Shown here in pieces: positions 30,178-40,321 of a DNA stretch of 64,000 bases. The notes beneath the pieces were generated by a model. The model made no database searches, had not been told where the DNA came from, and worked only from the letters and a program-made list of their open reading frames with translations. Source of the stretch: an uncultured cyanobacterium (lineage in GTDB: Bacteria; Cyanobacteriota; Cyanobacteriia; Cyanobacteriales; Nostocaceae); the NCBI GenBank assembly GCA_963740315.1, contig CAVUDP010000001.1, forward strand, positions 736,001 through 800,000, read 5' to 3'. Every line of letters starts with the position of its first letter. Position 1 is the first letter of the stretch. A program made the translations under genes and the position numbers.

Positions 30178-30206
30178 AATGTATATACAAAATATCTACA
30201 TTGTAA
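30178..30206 (-). promoter_or_regulatory. Probable mazEF promoter/operator
   Basis: Minus strand TTACAATGTAGATATTTTGTATATACATT: a TACAAT -10-like hexamer overlapping the imperfect palindrome AATGTA..TACATT, 16 nt upstream of mazE. Confidence 0.55.
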
Positions 30207-30652
30207 CTCACACATTGCACCATTCTCAACAACACCAGGGAATGCAATTAAAAGATGCTTCAAAAAGATTCGACAAATATAACCCGCCTTACTGCGGGTT
30301 TTGCTTGTGTAGCCGCGACTTCCAATCGCCAGGTTATTATATTTTTACCTTCAATGTAATTCATTTTTATAAATAAAATTTCATGAGAATTTTACAATAA
30401 TTTTCCATCCGGCTTTATTCAATACATTTATTATCATTCTCCTAAATACAATCAAGTTGATTGATTAAATTAACCTATGAAATAAAAAAACACTTGTCAT
30501 AGTTGTTACATAAACCCTTATACTAGGCACGGCACTATAAAAGGCTTAATACGTCAATCATCCTACCGCGATAATTTTGCTTTATCTAATGGAGTAAATT
30601 AACGCGCATTAATTCAAATTCATATAAAGTAAGCAGACATACCTGTAGACTA

Positions 30653-31981
30653 ATGATCGATAAATTCCAAAATCAAAGTTTGCAAGTCCGCGCAAGGCTA
30701 GTTAACTTATTTAGAAGACTAAATTGGCAAAAATTATCACATAAACGGCTACTCAAGCGCTGTCTTCCACTTGTATTTGCAATATCATTTTCTACGGTAT
30801 TGTTACTCGATAATTTGCAATCGGCGATCGCTCAATATCCTGCTCCATTTCCTCCCGCAGCGACTATAATTCAACCGGAAATAATTGAACCCCAAATATT
30901 GCAACCGCGACAGTTACCCCGTGAGGAAATTCGCGGTGTGTGGATGAGTACTAATGATTTCAATGTTCTTAAAACTCGCTCTGGAGCAAAGGATGCTGTA
31001 ACTCAGTTGCGGCGCTTGAATTTCAATACTATTTATCCTGTCGTATGGAATTCTGGCTATACTAAGTTTCCCAGTTATACAGCAAAACGCGCTGGCATTC
31101 CCTTTTTCTTCAAAGGTGCAGATGGACACGATATCCTTGCAGATTTGATTAGTCAGTCACATCGTCAGGGTTTATTAGTACTTCCTTGGTTTGAGTTTGG
31201 TTTCATGACTCCGGAAACCTCGGAATTAGCCTTAAATCATCCTGAGTGGTTGACTCAGAAACGCGACGGCAGTCGAACTTCTAACAGTGCTGCGGGTGAA
31301 GTTGCATGGTTAAATCCTTTTCATCCCCAAGTACAGCAGTTTATTCAAAATCTGGTTTTAGAAGTAGTCACTCAATATGATGTTGATGGCATTCAGTTTG
31401 ATGACCACATGAGTTTACCTCGTGACTTCGGTTATGACAAGTACACTGTTGCTTTGTATACTCAAGAAACCGAGAATCCACCACCAGCTAATTCCGCAGA
31501 TGAAGCATGGGTGAAATGGCGTGCGGATAAAATTACGGCGTTTATGGTGCAACTCAATCAAGCGGTTAAAGCCAGAAAGCCTTATACAATTTTCTCTGTA
31601 TCTCCCAATTATTACAACCACGCTTACAAACTGCATCTGCAAGACTGGCTCAACTGGGTGCGTTTGAGTATTGTAGATGAGTTAGTAATGCAAGTTTATC
31701 ATCGCGATTTAGCAAGTTTTATTAAAAAAATTAACCGTCCAGAAATTCTCGAAACCAAACAATATATACCTACTGGTATCGGTATTATGGCGGGTTTGCG
31801 AAATCGTCCGGTTTCAATGGATCAAATTCAATCTCAGGTGCGAGCCGCTCATCAACGCGGTTTGGGTGTAACTTTCTTCTATTACGAAAGTCTGTGGAAT
31901 TACGCTCAAGAAAGTATTGAATTACGGCAGGCTGGATTTAAAGATTTATTTCCCCGTTTTGCTCGTCGTTCAAGAATTTAA
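30653..31981 (+). CDS. Glycoside hydrolase-like family 10 (DUF187/YddW-like) protein
   Basis: EIRGVW, LNFNTIYP, PWFEFG, WLNPFHP.VQ, YDVDGIQFDDH, QDW..W. Confidence 0.9.
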   Translation: MIDKFQNQSLQVRARLVNLFRRLNWQKLSHKRLLKRCLPLVFAISFSTVLLLDNLQSAIAQYPAPFPPAATIIQPEIIEPQILQPRQLPREEIRGVWMSTNDFNVLKTRSGAKDAVTQLRRLNFNTIYPVVWNSGYTKFPSYTAKRAGIPFFFKGADGHDILADLISQSHRQGLLVLPWFEFGFMTPETSELALNHPEWLTQKRDGSRTSNSAAGEVAWLNPFHPQVQQFIQNLVLEVVTQYDVDGIQFDDHMSLPRDFGYDKYTVALYTQETENPPPANSADEAWVKWRADKITAFMVQLNQAVKARKPYTIFSVSPNYYNHAYKLHLQDWLNWVRLSIVDELVMQVYHRDLASFIKKINRPEILETKQYIPTGIGIMAGLRNRPVSMDQIQSQVRAAHQRGLGVTFFYYESLWNYAQESIELRQAGFKDLFPRFARRSRI

Positions 31982-32000
31982 AAATAATTTACTAATTAAC

Positions 32001-32029
32001 AAACCCGGTTTTTTGAAAAAACCGGGTTT
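32001..32029. terminator. Palindrome between convergent genes (bidirectional terminator or REP)
   Basis: AAACCCGGTTTTTT-G-AAAAAACCGGGTTT perfect inverted repeat. Confidence 0.6.
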
Positions 32030-32054
32030 CTCAGTATCTCTAATTTTTTAAACG

Positions 32055-32348
32055 CTAGCTCTTTTCTTCATTAAACAATTCTACCAAACCAATTGTGCCT
32101 ACAAAAAAAGTATATACACCATATTTATACCAAATTTTATCTTTAGAACCGGCTTTGAAAGCTGCTATTATTGCCTCAACAAAATGCACCGCAACAGCAA
32201 CCCGTTCGATCCAAAAGATGGGGATAATACTTGACGGTATTTGAACGTCATTTAATCCGGCGTAAATATTCCATAGCTCTAATCCCACAGCACCTATCAT
32301 TAGAACTGTAGATGCAATTTTGATCGCAAATAAATTTTTCTTCATCAT
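32055..32348 (-). CDS. Small hypothetical membrane protein
   Basis: 97 aa, three hydrophobic segments; directly downstream of the ABC ATPase. Confidence 0.75.
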   Translation of the reverse strand: MMKKNLFAIKIASTVLMIGAVGLELWNIYAGLNDVQIPSSIIPIFWIERVAVAVHFVEAIIAAFKAGSKDKIWYKYGVYTFFVGTIGLVELFNEEKS

Positions 32349-32355
32349 TCTTAAA

Positions 32356-33396
32356 TTACTCTGAAAAAATTCTTACAGCATTATCTACTATTGATATTTT
32401 TACAGATGTTCCTTCTGGTAATATTGTATCGGTCATTGTTCTAGCATGAATTTCTCTACCGGAAGGAGTTTCTAAACAATAGCGGTATTCTCTTCCTAAA
32501 AATCGCCGTTTAGTAATCTTGACTTTAGAATCTGTATCTGGTTTTAAAATACAATCTTCTTGGCGAATCATGATTTCCCCTGCATTCTGGCTATGATTGC
32601 CCTTGATTTCAAAATAACCAATTTCTGTTTCCCAATCATTACCTTGGCGACGGGCTGGTAAAAAGTTGGCTTGAGTCACAAATTCCGCAACAAACCGCGA
32701 TGCCGGATGGCTGTAAATTTCTTCTGGCGTGCCTATTTGTTCTAAGCATCCTTGACGCATCACCCCTACTACATCTGCGATCGCAAGGGCTTCTTCTTGA
32801 TCGTGAGTAATAAAAACAGCCGAAGTTCCAGCAAGTTTAAGAATATCTCGGATTTCTTCTCGCAACTGCAATCTAACTTGGATATCAAGATTAGACAAAG
32901 GTTCGTCCAAAAGCATCAGTTTTGGTTTGGGTGCTAAAGCACGGGCTAAAGCGACTCGCTGCTGCTGCCCCCCGGAAAGTTCGTAAGGATAACGTTTTTC
33001 TAAAGTCTGTAGCCCTACCAAGTTTAAAACTTCTGAAACCCTTTGTAATCGTTGATTTTTATTCGACTTTTTTAATCCGAAAGCAACGTTTTCCGCTACC
33101 GTCAGATGGGGGAATAGTGCGTAATCTTGAAACACAATTCCAATATCGCGTTTTTCTGGCGGTACCCAAGCTTTAGGAGAGCAAATTTTCTGTTCCCCAA
33201 TTTGAACTTCTCCAGTTTGCGGAAATTCAAAACCGCCAATTATTCGCAACAACGTTGTCTTACCGCAACCCGAAGGACCCACTAAAGCTAGTATATCCCC
33301 TTCGTGCAATGAAAAAGAAACATTGTTTACCGCAGGAATCTTACTTTCTGCAAAGAATTTAGTAATATTTTGTAAGCTGAGAATTTCTTTTCGCAT
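32356..33396 (-). CDS. Fe(III) ABC transporter ATP-binding protein (FutC/FbpC-like)
   Basis: GPSGCGKT, VFQDYALFPH, LSGGQQQR, LLDEP, THDQEEA; C-terminal TOBE-like region. Confidence 0.92.
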   Translation of the reverse strand: MRKEILSLQNITKFFAESKIPAVNNVSFSLHEGDILALVGPSGCGKTTLLRIIGGFEFPQTGEVQIGEQKICSPKAWVPPEKRDIGIVFQDYALFPHLTVAENVAFGLKKSNKNQRLQRVSEVLNLVGLQTLEKRYPYELSGGQQQRVALARALAPKPKLMLLDEPLSNLDIQVRLQLREEIRDILKLAGTSAVFITHDQEEALAIADVVGVMRQGCLEQIGTPEEIYSHPASRFVAEFVTQANFLPARRQGNDWETEIGYFEIKGNHSQNAGEIMIRQEDCILKPDTDSKVKITKRRFLGREYRYCLETPSGREIHARTMTDTILPEGTSVKISIVDNAVRIFSE

Positions 33397-33785
33397 TTTG
33401 AATTTTTAGGAATTGGGAATTGGTAATTGGTAATTGGGAACACAAAAAATAAGTTTGTATACAGATTTTTATAATTTTAAGACCAGTATTGGAGTATATA
33501 TATATATATAAATTAGATACAAATTGAATACAATCGAGACTTACGCAACTTAATAAATTTTGTACGTGCCTACAATACTTGTAGCGTCACGCACCACCCG
33601 TAGATTCTGACAATAATGACGCTAAGGCTAACGGAATTATTAATGATATTAAATCAACCATAATATGCATTTCATAAGTTTACTTACAATCAACATTATC
33701 TTTTAAGTATACCCAGTTTATTTTATATTAGTTCTAAAAATAATCGTACAAAAATATAATTACTTTTCATTTAAATGAATTATTT

Positions 33786-35372
33786 TTAGATTTTTTGATT
33801 AGCTTTTTCTTGAGATAATACAAAAAATGTTGATGCCATAGATACTATTAGTATCATCAGTGAAGCTGCCGCCGCATCCGCAAAATCAACGTTTTCTGTG
33901 GCTTTCCAAATTTCTACCGCTAAAGTATCAAAGCCGATTGGTGATAGCAGCATGGTGGCGGGTAATTCTTTCATTGCTGTGAGAAACACTAATACGGTAC
34001 CGCTTAAAATACCAGGACTTACTAAGGGTAAAGTGACTTCTTTTAAAGTCTGCCAGGATGATTTACCTAAACTACGCGCTGCTTCTTCTATTTGAGGATT
34101 TACTTGTAATAAAGAAGTACGAACCGTCCCGATTGATTGCTGCAAAAATAATATCAAATATGCAAAAATCAACATCGGTAAAGTTTGATATAAAAATGGT
34201 AAATAATTAGCACCAAAAAATACTAATGATAGAGCTACAACAATTCCCGGTACGCCAAAACAAATATAGGTTGCACGCTCAACTACAGCAATAATTTTAG
34301 AAGGAAAACGTACTGATAATATCGCAATTGGTAAAGCAAATAAAGTCGTGACAACTGCTGCTAAACCGGCGGCAGTAATTGAATTTAAAGTAGGCTGTAG
34401 TAAGTCAATAAATTCGTATTCATTTAATAATCCTTGAATCAACCAAAATACAATAGTAATTACGGGTAATACCACACCCAAAAAAGTAATTATCGCGCAA
34501 AAAATCAAAGATGGTAACTTCCAAGCACCTAATTTAACAAGCTTCGTCGGACGAAATGATGAGGTACCGCGAGTATAATAAGCAGCACGGGAACGCATTC
34601 GATATTCCAGCCACAAAATAAACATTACTATCGTTACCAACACCAAAGATAAAGCCGCAGCAGCATCGCGGTTAAAGCTAGCTTGATATTGAATAAAAAT
34701 CGCCTGGGTAAAGGCATCGAACTGCATTAACGAAGGAGTACCAAAGTCTCGCAAAGCATACAAAGCTACTAATAAACCCCCGGCAATTAATGATGGATAT
34801 AACTGCGGTAAAACTACTTTGAAAAAAGTTTCTCTACCGTTGTAACCCATACTGCGAGCGGCTTCTTCCAAAGAAGGATCTAACCCTTGCAATGCCGATC
34901 GCAGACTTAACAGCATATAGGGATAGGTAAACAAAGTTAATGCGAGAATTGCACCAAACCAACCATAAATAGAAGGTAATTCTTCCACACCCAAAGGTGC
35001 GAGTAGAAGTTGCAGAAAACTACCCCTCGGAGCAAAAGCACCAATTAAAGCGAAACTACCAACGTAACTGGGAACCGCCAAAGGCAATGTAGTTGCTACC
35101 AGCCAAAAACGTCGCTTTGGTAAATCCGTTCGCACGGTTAAAAACGCCAAAGGTACAGAAATTAGTGCTGAAAATAGCGCCACAGCCGCCATTAAAACAA
35201 TACTGTTGAATAAAACGATCAGATTTTGTTGGCGGGTGAATAACTGCAACAACTCATCACCACCAGCATACGCAGTGCGAATCACCAGATAAAACAGCGG
35301 TAAAGCGATCGCAACTGCTACTACTACCGCAGCAACTGTCAGAAATAAGGGAGGGCGAACCGCCTTTGACAC
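33786..35372 (-). CDS. Fe(III) ABC transporter permease (FutB/FbpB-like)
   Basis: Two EEAARS(M/L)G EAA loops, ~12 TM. Start uncertain; GTG 35372 follows AGGAG. Confidence 0.9.
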   Translation of the reverse strand: MSKAVRPPLFLTVAAVVVAVAIALPLFYLVIRTAYAGGDELLQLFTRQQNLIVLFNSIVLMAAVALFSALISVPLAFLTVRTDLPKRRFWLVATTLPLAVPSYVGSFALIGAFAPRGSFLQLLLAPLGVEELPSIYGWFGAILALTLFTYPYMLLSLRSALQGLDPSLEEAARSMGYNGRETFFKVVLPQLYPSLIAGGLLVALYALRDFGTPSLMQFDAFTQAIFIQYQASFNRDAAAALSLVLVTIVMFILWLEYRMRSRAAYYTRGTSSFRPTKLVKLGAWKLPSLIFCAIITFLGVVLPVITIVFWLIQGLLNEYEFIDLLQPTLNSITAAGLAAVVTTLFALPIAILSVRFPSKIIAVVERATYICFGVPGIVVALSLVFFGANYLPFLYQTLPMLIFAYLILFLQQSIGTVRTSLLQVNPQIEEAARSLGKSSWQTLKEVTLPLVSPGILSGTVLVFLTAMKELPATMLLSPIGFDTLAVEIWKATENVDFADAAAASLMILIVSMASTFFVLSQEKANQKI

Positions 35373-35523
35373 TTCTTTTGATACTCCTATTTGTATGTAT
35401 GGGGGGATGGGGAGAGGGGGAGACAAGGAGAGAGGGGGTAGAGGGGGAAGAGGGGGTAGAAAATTCTTAACTCCTCACTCAATACTCCTCACTCAATACT
35501 CCTAACCTTTAACCTTTAACCTG

Positions 35524-36525
35524 TTAAACGACTCCTGCTTTTTCTAGTAACTTTAAGGTTTCTTCTAAGCTATCGAGTTTCGATAAGTCAATATTGGGAG
35601 GATTGAGTTTATCTAAAGGTACTAAGGAACTATCCGCTTCTACTCCTTTTGCCAAAGGATACTCGTTAGTTTCGGTGGCGAAATATTTTTGCGCTGCGGG
35701 GCTAACCATATATTTGATAAATGCTTGAGCATCTTCTGGTTGATCGGTGGATTTGAGTATTGCTAACCCTGCAACGTTAATCATTGCACCAGCATCCCCA
35801 TTGGTGAAGTGATGGGCTACGGGAAAGTTAGCATCATCTTTGATAAAACGAGGTAGATAATAGTGATTTACTAATCCTAATTCAACCTCACCCCTTCCTA
35901 AAGCTTCGACTATTGAGGTATTGTTACCGTATTTATTGACATCGTTGGCTTTCATCGCTTTGAGCCATTCCAATGTCTTTTCATCACCTTCTATAACCCG
36001 CATTCCCGTGACGAATGACTGAAACGAACCGTTTGTGGGTGCCCAAGCAACTTTACCGCGCCATTTTGGTTCGGTTAATTCCCAAACTGAGGAAGGCAAT
36101 TCGCTTTCTTTGACTAACTTGGTATTGTAATCAACTACACGAGCGCGTCCGGAAACTCCTACCCAATTTCCCGTAGGAGAACGAAAGCGAGAATCTACTT
36201 CTTCAAGTATCTCCGATGGAATCGGTGAAGTAATTTGTTTCTGTTCCAAAGCGCCCAAAGCACCCGCATCTTGTCCTAAAAACACGTCAGCTTTACTATT
36301 TTCGCCTTCTTCCAAAAGCGCGATCGCCAGTTCAGAGGTTTTACCGTAACGCACGTCAATATCTAAATTCAAGTCTTTTTCTGCTTGTTCGATTATGGGA
36401 GAAACTAGCTTCTTGTTTCTACCGGAATAAACAACAAGAGTTTTAGGATTATTACTGAGTGCTTCACACCCCGCGCAGATGACTAAAGAAGCAAGCAATC
36501 CCGTTAATAAAAATTTTTGTCGCAT
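35524..36525 (-). CDS. Fe(III) ABC transporter substrate-binding protein (FutA/IdiA/FbpA-like)
   Basis: Lipobox-like CAGC, LVVYSGR, NHYY iron-ligand motif, NEYP. Confidence 0.92.
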   Translation of the reverse strand: MRQKFLLTGLLASLVICAGCEALSNNPKTLVVYSGRNKKLVSPIIEQAEKDLNLDIDVRYGKTSELAIALLEEGENSKADVFLGQDAGALGALEQKQITSPIPSEILEEVDSRFRSPTGNWVGVSGRARVVDYNTKLVKESELPSSVWELTEPKWRGKVAWAPTNGSFQSFVTGMRVIEGDEKTLEWLKAMKANDVNKYGNNTSIVEALGRGEVELGLVNHYYLPRFIKDDANFPVAHHFTNGDAGAMINVAGLAILKSTDQPEDAQAFIKYMVSPAAQKYFATETNEYPLAKGVEADSSLVPLDKLNPPNIDLSKLDSLEETLKLLEKAGVV

Positions 36526-37098
36526 TTTCTTAAATCTTTTCTCCAGTAAAACAATTAGCTGTTTGCAGTTAAGTCATAAAGACATCACCTGTAACATTTA
36601 TGCATTAAGCAGTACATCATAACGCCAAACAGCACGTTTTTATTACTATAGAAGCATTATTCAAGGTTAATTTTACTACCATCGTAGTTTTCTATACTTA
36701 ATGAAAAGCTAAATGCTTTCTTCAATAGAACAGAATTAACCTTTATATAATTTCTCTATAGCTTTACTTAATCGCTGTAGTTAACGATAACATTTATCAA
36801 CTACTATGTAATGTATAACGAGTACATTTCAATGTAAACCCGCATTCCTAAGTAAATTGGCGCAAATAAAACCAACTATGTTACAGAATTTTTGGCATCA
36901 TCTTGCCCCTATTCCCTTCGATCGCGATTTTCAACGCCTACCTACTTCGTTGGGTATCTATGTTTTGCAGCGATTTGGAAAGGACAATCCATAATCTAAA
37001 ATTGAATCGTTTAAAAGAGTTGCTCGCCAAGCAGCCAGATAAATATAGTTACGAGCAAATTCTAATCGTTATTAGCTTTGTTTATAACTCATGCATTA

Positions 37099-37117
37099 TT
37101 TGATAATCTTTTTCAAT
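37099..37117. promoter_or_regulatory. Putative Fur box in the divergent futA / hugZ intergenic region
   Basis: TTTGATAATCTTTTTCAAT is TGATAAT-n-ATTATCA with 2 mismatches, between iron-uptake genes. Confidence 0.6.
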
Positions 37118-37363
37118 AAAATCATATTGATAGCATAGACTTGTTTCACATTCTTGCTTCTCCAGTCGATGGAAATTTGTCTCATACAATACACTTAAAA
37201 GCTATATGATTATTTGTAATTTTTAGCAACAAGTTCTAAGGTATTATATAGAGATTTACAGAAATAATTGCTTATAGGCTGTAATTTTTGGCAAATAACT
37301 AAAACGGGGGCAAATATATTTAAGCAAGCTAAAGTTTGATTTTTACAAAGGAGGTTATATCTA

Positions 37364-37879
37364 TTGGGAATGAAAATACAAAGAGCAAAAGCAGCATACG
37401 CCTTATTAGTTAATACCGTAAGAACGGTGGTATTAGGAACAGTTAGCGAAACGGGTATTCCTAATGTTAGCTACGCACCATTTATAATGGATGAAGCTAA
37501 AAATATTTATGTTTTGGTGAGCAAAGTTTCCGTCCATACTTCTAATCTTCAAGCAAATAGTAAAGCCAGCGTGATGTTAATTGAAGATGAAAATAAAAGT
37601 AAACAAATTTTTGCCCGTCGGCGTTTGACATATTCTTGTTACGCAACTGCTATAGATAGAAATAGTCCAGAATGGGAGCTTATCGCCGATCGCTTTGATA
37701 AAAGATTCGGAAATATTATTTACATTTATCGTAATTTACCAGATTTTGATATTTTTAAGTTTACTCCTCACGAAGGTTTATTTGTGATGGATTTTGGCGC
37801 AGCTTATAAGATTACTTCTAGTGATTTAAATCATCTAATCCAGATTATAGAAGAAGGTTGCGATAAAAAAGGAAACTAA
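37364..37879 (+). CDS. HugZ/HutZ-like heme-utilisation, pyridoxamine 5'-phosphate oxidase-fold protein
   Basis: PNVSYAPF, HTSNL, MLIEDE, IFARRRLT, LPDF.IF, G.FV..FG.AY; GGAGG RBS at 37350. Confidence 0.85.
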   Translation: MGMKIQRAKAAYALLVNTVRTVVLGTVSETGIPNVSYAPFIMDEAKNIYVLVSKVSVHTSNLQANSKASVMLIEDENKSKQIFARRRLTYSCYATAIDRNSPEWELIADRFDKRFGNIIYIYRNLPDFDIFKFTPHEGLFVMDFGAAYKITSSDLNHLIQIIEEGCDKKGN

Positions 37880-37918
37880 TTTATATTTATATTTATATTT
37901 ATATTTATATTTATATTT
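37880..37918. repeat. (TTATAT)n microsatellite
   Basis: About six hexamer units immediately after the stop codon. Confidence 0.85.
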
Positions 37919-38291
37919 AGCTTTCAATAATTACCTGAATCTATACAGATATATATCAATTTTTCCGTTATCTTAGGATTTTTTTTACTATATAGAATTA
38001 AATTTTTGATAATCTTCTGGGCATGGAAAAAACTTAAACAAGAAATCCGTTCGATCGCATTATATTTATGCATTTCAACCATAGTTGAAAATCTTATCGG
38101 GATATTTGATACAAATTGTCAACAAGTGTTTTATACTAAGAATATTGTGAGGAGCATCTTCCAAAATAATTGGATGAACCATTTTTCACAAAGCGGGCTG
38201 ATGCTAAACAGAGGGATGCTCTAATTAAGGCTCGGAATAGCTTAGGGATTGAAGCATATATAGGCATCTATAAATATTAAGATTTAGTCAC

Positions 38292-38340
38292 AGCCTCTGG
38301 GTTAGATATCCTCTTTCACCAATTGCCAGAGGCTTTTTTT
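38292..38340 (+). terminator. Orphan intrinsic terminator-like hairpin
   Basis: AGCCTCTGG ... CCAGAGGCT followed by a run of T; not directly behind any credible CDS. Confidence 0.55.
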
Positions 38341-38431
38341 ATTTAACATAAATCGGGCTGTAGGATATATTACAGCAGATTTGACTTTAATCGAGCAAAC
38401 TAGACTAACACTCTAAAAATTTGATTTTATA

Positions 38432-38547
38432 CTGATATCTTGCACCATTCGAGGGTAAGAATCAGAGAAAGAATGTTGTTCCAGGCTGAGCTTGGGAACG
38501 CCGTTTTGGAGGTAGCTCCGATTATTGCAACTGGCGCAAAAAGTCAG
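38432..38547. mobile_element. Degenerate MITE-like element
   Basis: Imperfect terminal inverted repeats CTGATATCTTGCACCA / TGGCGCAAAAAGTCAG, internal palindromic remnant GTTCCAGGCTGAGCTTGGGAAC. Confidence 0.45.
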
Positions 38548-38650
38548 ATTATAAGGCAGCTATATAAAACTATTATCTTTAATATTTAATTAACAATAAT
38601 AGACAAACGGATTATCTATTTGTAGCCTATATTTCTTGCTTATTCAGCTT

Positions 38651-38669
38651 AATGCAACTTACTATCAAC
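38651..38669. promoter_or_regulatory. Weak Fur-box-like site upstream of the porin
   Basis: AATGCAACTTACTATCAAC; good right half-site, degenerate left half. Confidence 0.35.
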
Positions 38670-38779
38670 TTTAATCGCCGGAAAGTCTCATTTTGGATGT
38701 GTCTTGAATATACAGCCACCATGCTAGCGGAGCGTTGGCTGTTTTTTTCCGAATCTTTATTTTAATTTGTGTGAGGAAA

Positions 38780-40237
38780 GTGAAAAATATCTGGAATTTA
38801 TTAGCAAGTCCATTTCTAGTTGCGACTTTGATTTTAAGCGCTACATCAGTTGCAGCAGAAACAGTAGTTACATCGGAAAAGACTCAAGAAGAAACATTAG
38901 GGCAAGTAACTTCTGTATCTCAGTTTTCTGACGTACAGCCTACAGACTGGGCATTTCAATCGTTACAATCTTTGGTAGAACGTTACGGTTGTATTGCTGG
39001 ATATCCAAACAGCACTTTTCGCGGTAATCGAGCATTAACAAGATATGAATTTGCTGCGGGTTTGAATGCTTGTTTGAATAGAATGAATCAACTAATAGAT
39101 GCTGGAAACAGCAATGCAGGTGGCGAAGACTTAAGCACTATCAAAAGATTGCAATCAGAATTTTCCTCTGAATTGGCGACATTGCGCGGTAGAGTCGATG
39201 CAGTTGAAGCGAAAACCGCTCAAATCGAAGCTTCGCAGTTTTCTACAACTACCAAGTTAGAGGGAGAAGTAGTTATAGCGGTAACTGATGTTTTTGAGGG
39301 TAATTCCACAAACAAAAACGCTACTTTAGGTACGAGAGCGCGGATTAATTTCGTTACCAGTTTTACGGGGAAAGATATTCTCTATACTCGCATCCAAGCG
39401 AATAATATTCCCGATGTGGATGAGGCTCCTTTAGCTTTTGCTGGCGATGAAGATACCAATGCTTACTTAGACGGCTTGTATTATAGTTTTCCCTTAACTA
39501 AAAGTACTAATGTTATCGCAATCGCAAATGCAGGTGCAGCGGATGACTTGGTAGATACCGTTAACCAATTTGATGGCGACGGTGCGGAAGGAGCTTTATC
39601 TAGCTTTGGTACTCGCAACTTCATTTATTATCAAATGGATGGCTCTGGATTGGGAATTACGCAAAAATTGGGCTCTCGCTTGTCATTAAGTTTGGGTTAT
39701 TTAGCTTCTAGCAATAACAATCCCAGCCCAGGAAATGGTCTATTTGAAGGTAGCTATGGTGCTTTAGCGCAACTTACTTTTGAACCCAGCAAGCGTTTTA
39801 AAGTTGGTTTAACCTATATCAACGGTTACGATGAGCCAAATCAAACAAATAATGATTCCTATGGTGTTCAAGCAACATTAGGTTTAAGTGACAAGTTGGT
39901 ACTAGGAGGTTGGGGAGGTTACAGCAATGTTCGTGATGTGAATTCAAGCGTAGATGCAGATGTATGGAGTTGGGCTGTTACTTTGGGATTACCTGATTTG
40001 GGTAAAAAAGGTAATACGGCTGGTGTGATTTTTGGTATGAATCCTAAAGTTACAGATTCCAGTATTCCTGGTTTCACAAAGCAAGATAGTTCCTATCACA
40101 TCGAAGGATTTTATCAGCACAAGGTAAATGACAATATCAGCATTACTCCTGGAGTGATTTGGGTAACGGCACCCGGTAATGATAATGATAATGATGATGC
40201 GATCGTTGGTACTTTGAGAACTACTTTTACTTTTTAA
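38780..40237 (+). CDS. Cyanobacterial SLH-domain porin (iron uptake porin / OprB type)
   Basis: QVTSVSQFSDVQPTDWAFQSLQSLVERYGCIAGYP, TRYEFAAGLNAC, FSTTTKL, C-terminal LRTTFTF; likely GTG start 38780. Confidence 0.95.
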   Translation: MKNIWNLLASPFLVATLILSATSVAAETVVTSEKTQEETLGQVTSVSQFSDVQPTDWAFQSLQSLVERYGCIAGYPNSTFRGNRALTRYEFAAGLNACLNRMNQLIDAGNSNAGGEDLSTIKRLQSEFSSELATLRGRVDAVEAKTAQIEASQFSTTTKLEGEVVIAVTDVFEGNSTNKNATLGTRARINFVTSFTGKDILYTRIQANNIPDVDEAPLAFAGDEDTNAYLDGLYYSFPLTKSTNVIAIANAGAADDLVDTVNQFDGDGAEGALSSFGTRNFIYYQMDGSGLGITQKLGSRLSLSLGYLASSNNNPSPGNGLFEGSYGALAQLTFEPSKRFKVGLTYINGYDEPNQTNNDSYGVQATLGLSDKLVLGGWGGYSNVRDVNSSVDADVWSWAVTLGLPDLGKKGNTAGVIFGMNPKVTDSSIPGFTKQDSSYHIEGFYQHKVNDNISITPGVIWVTAPGNDNDNDDAIVGTLRTTFTF

Positions 40238-40248
40238 TATTTCACCGG

Positions 40249-40303
40249 GTTTGTAGTGAGGATTTTAATCCTCAACATAAGAATTAAAATTCTTACTACA
40301 AGC
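40249..40303. repeat. GTAG-REP family 2 element (degenerate)
   Basis: GTTTGTAGTGAGGATTTTAATCCTC...TTCTTACTACAAGC between convergent genes. Confidence 0.65.
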
Positions 40304-40321
40304 TTTTTCTACTAATTAATA

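Noticed and set aside
36526..38779. Cobalamin riboswitch or other known RNA family near the metal-uptake genes
   Set aside because: I could not find the B12-box/GGGAA core motifs; the small ORFs 36903-37103 and 38006-38224 also lack support.
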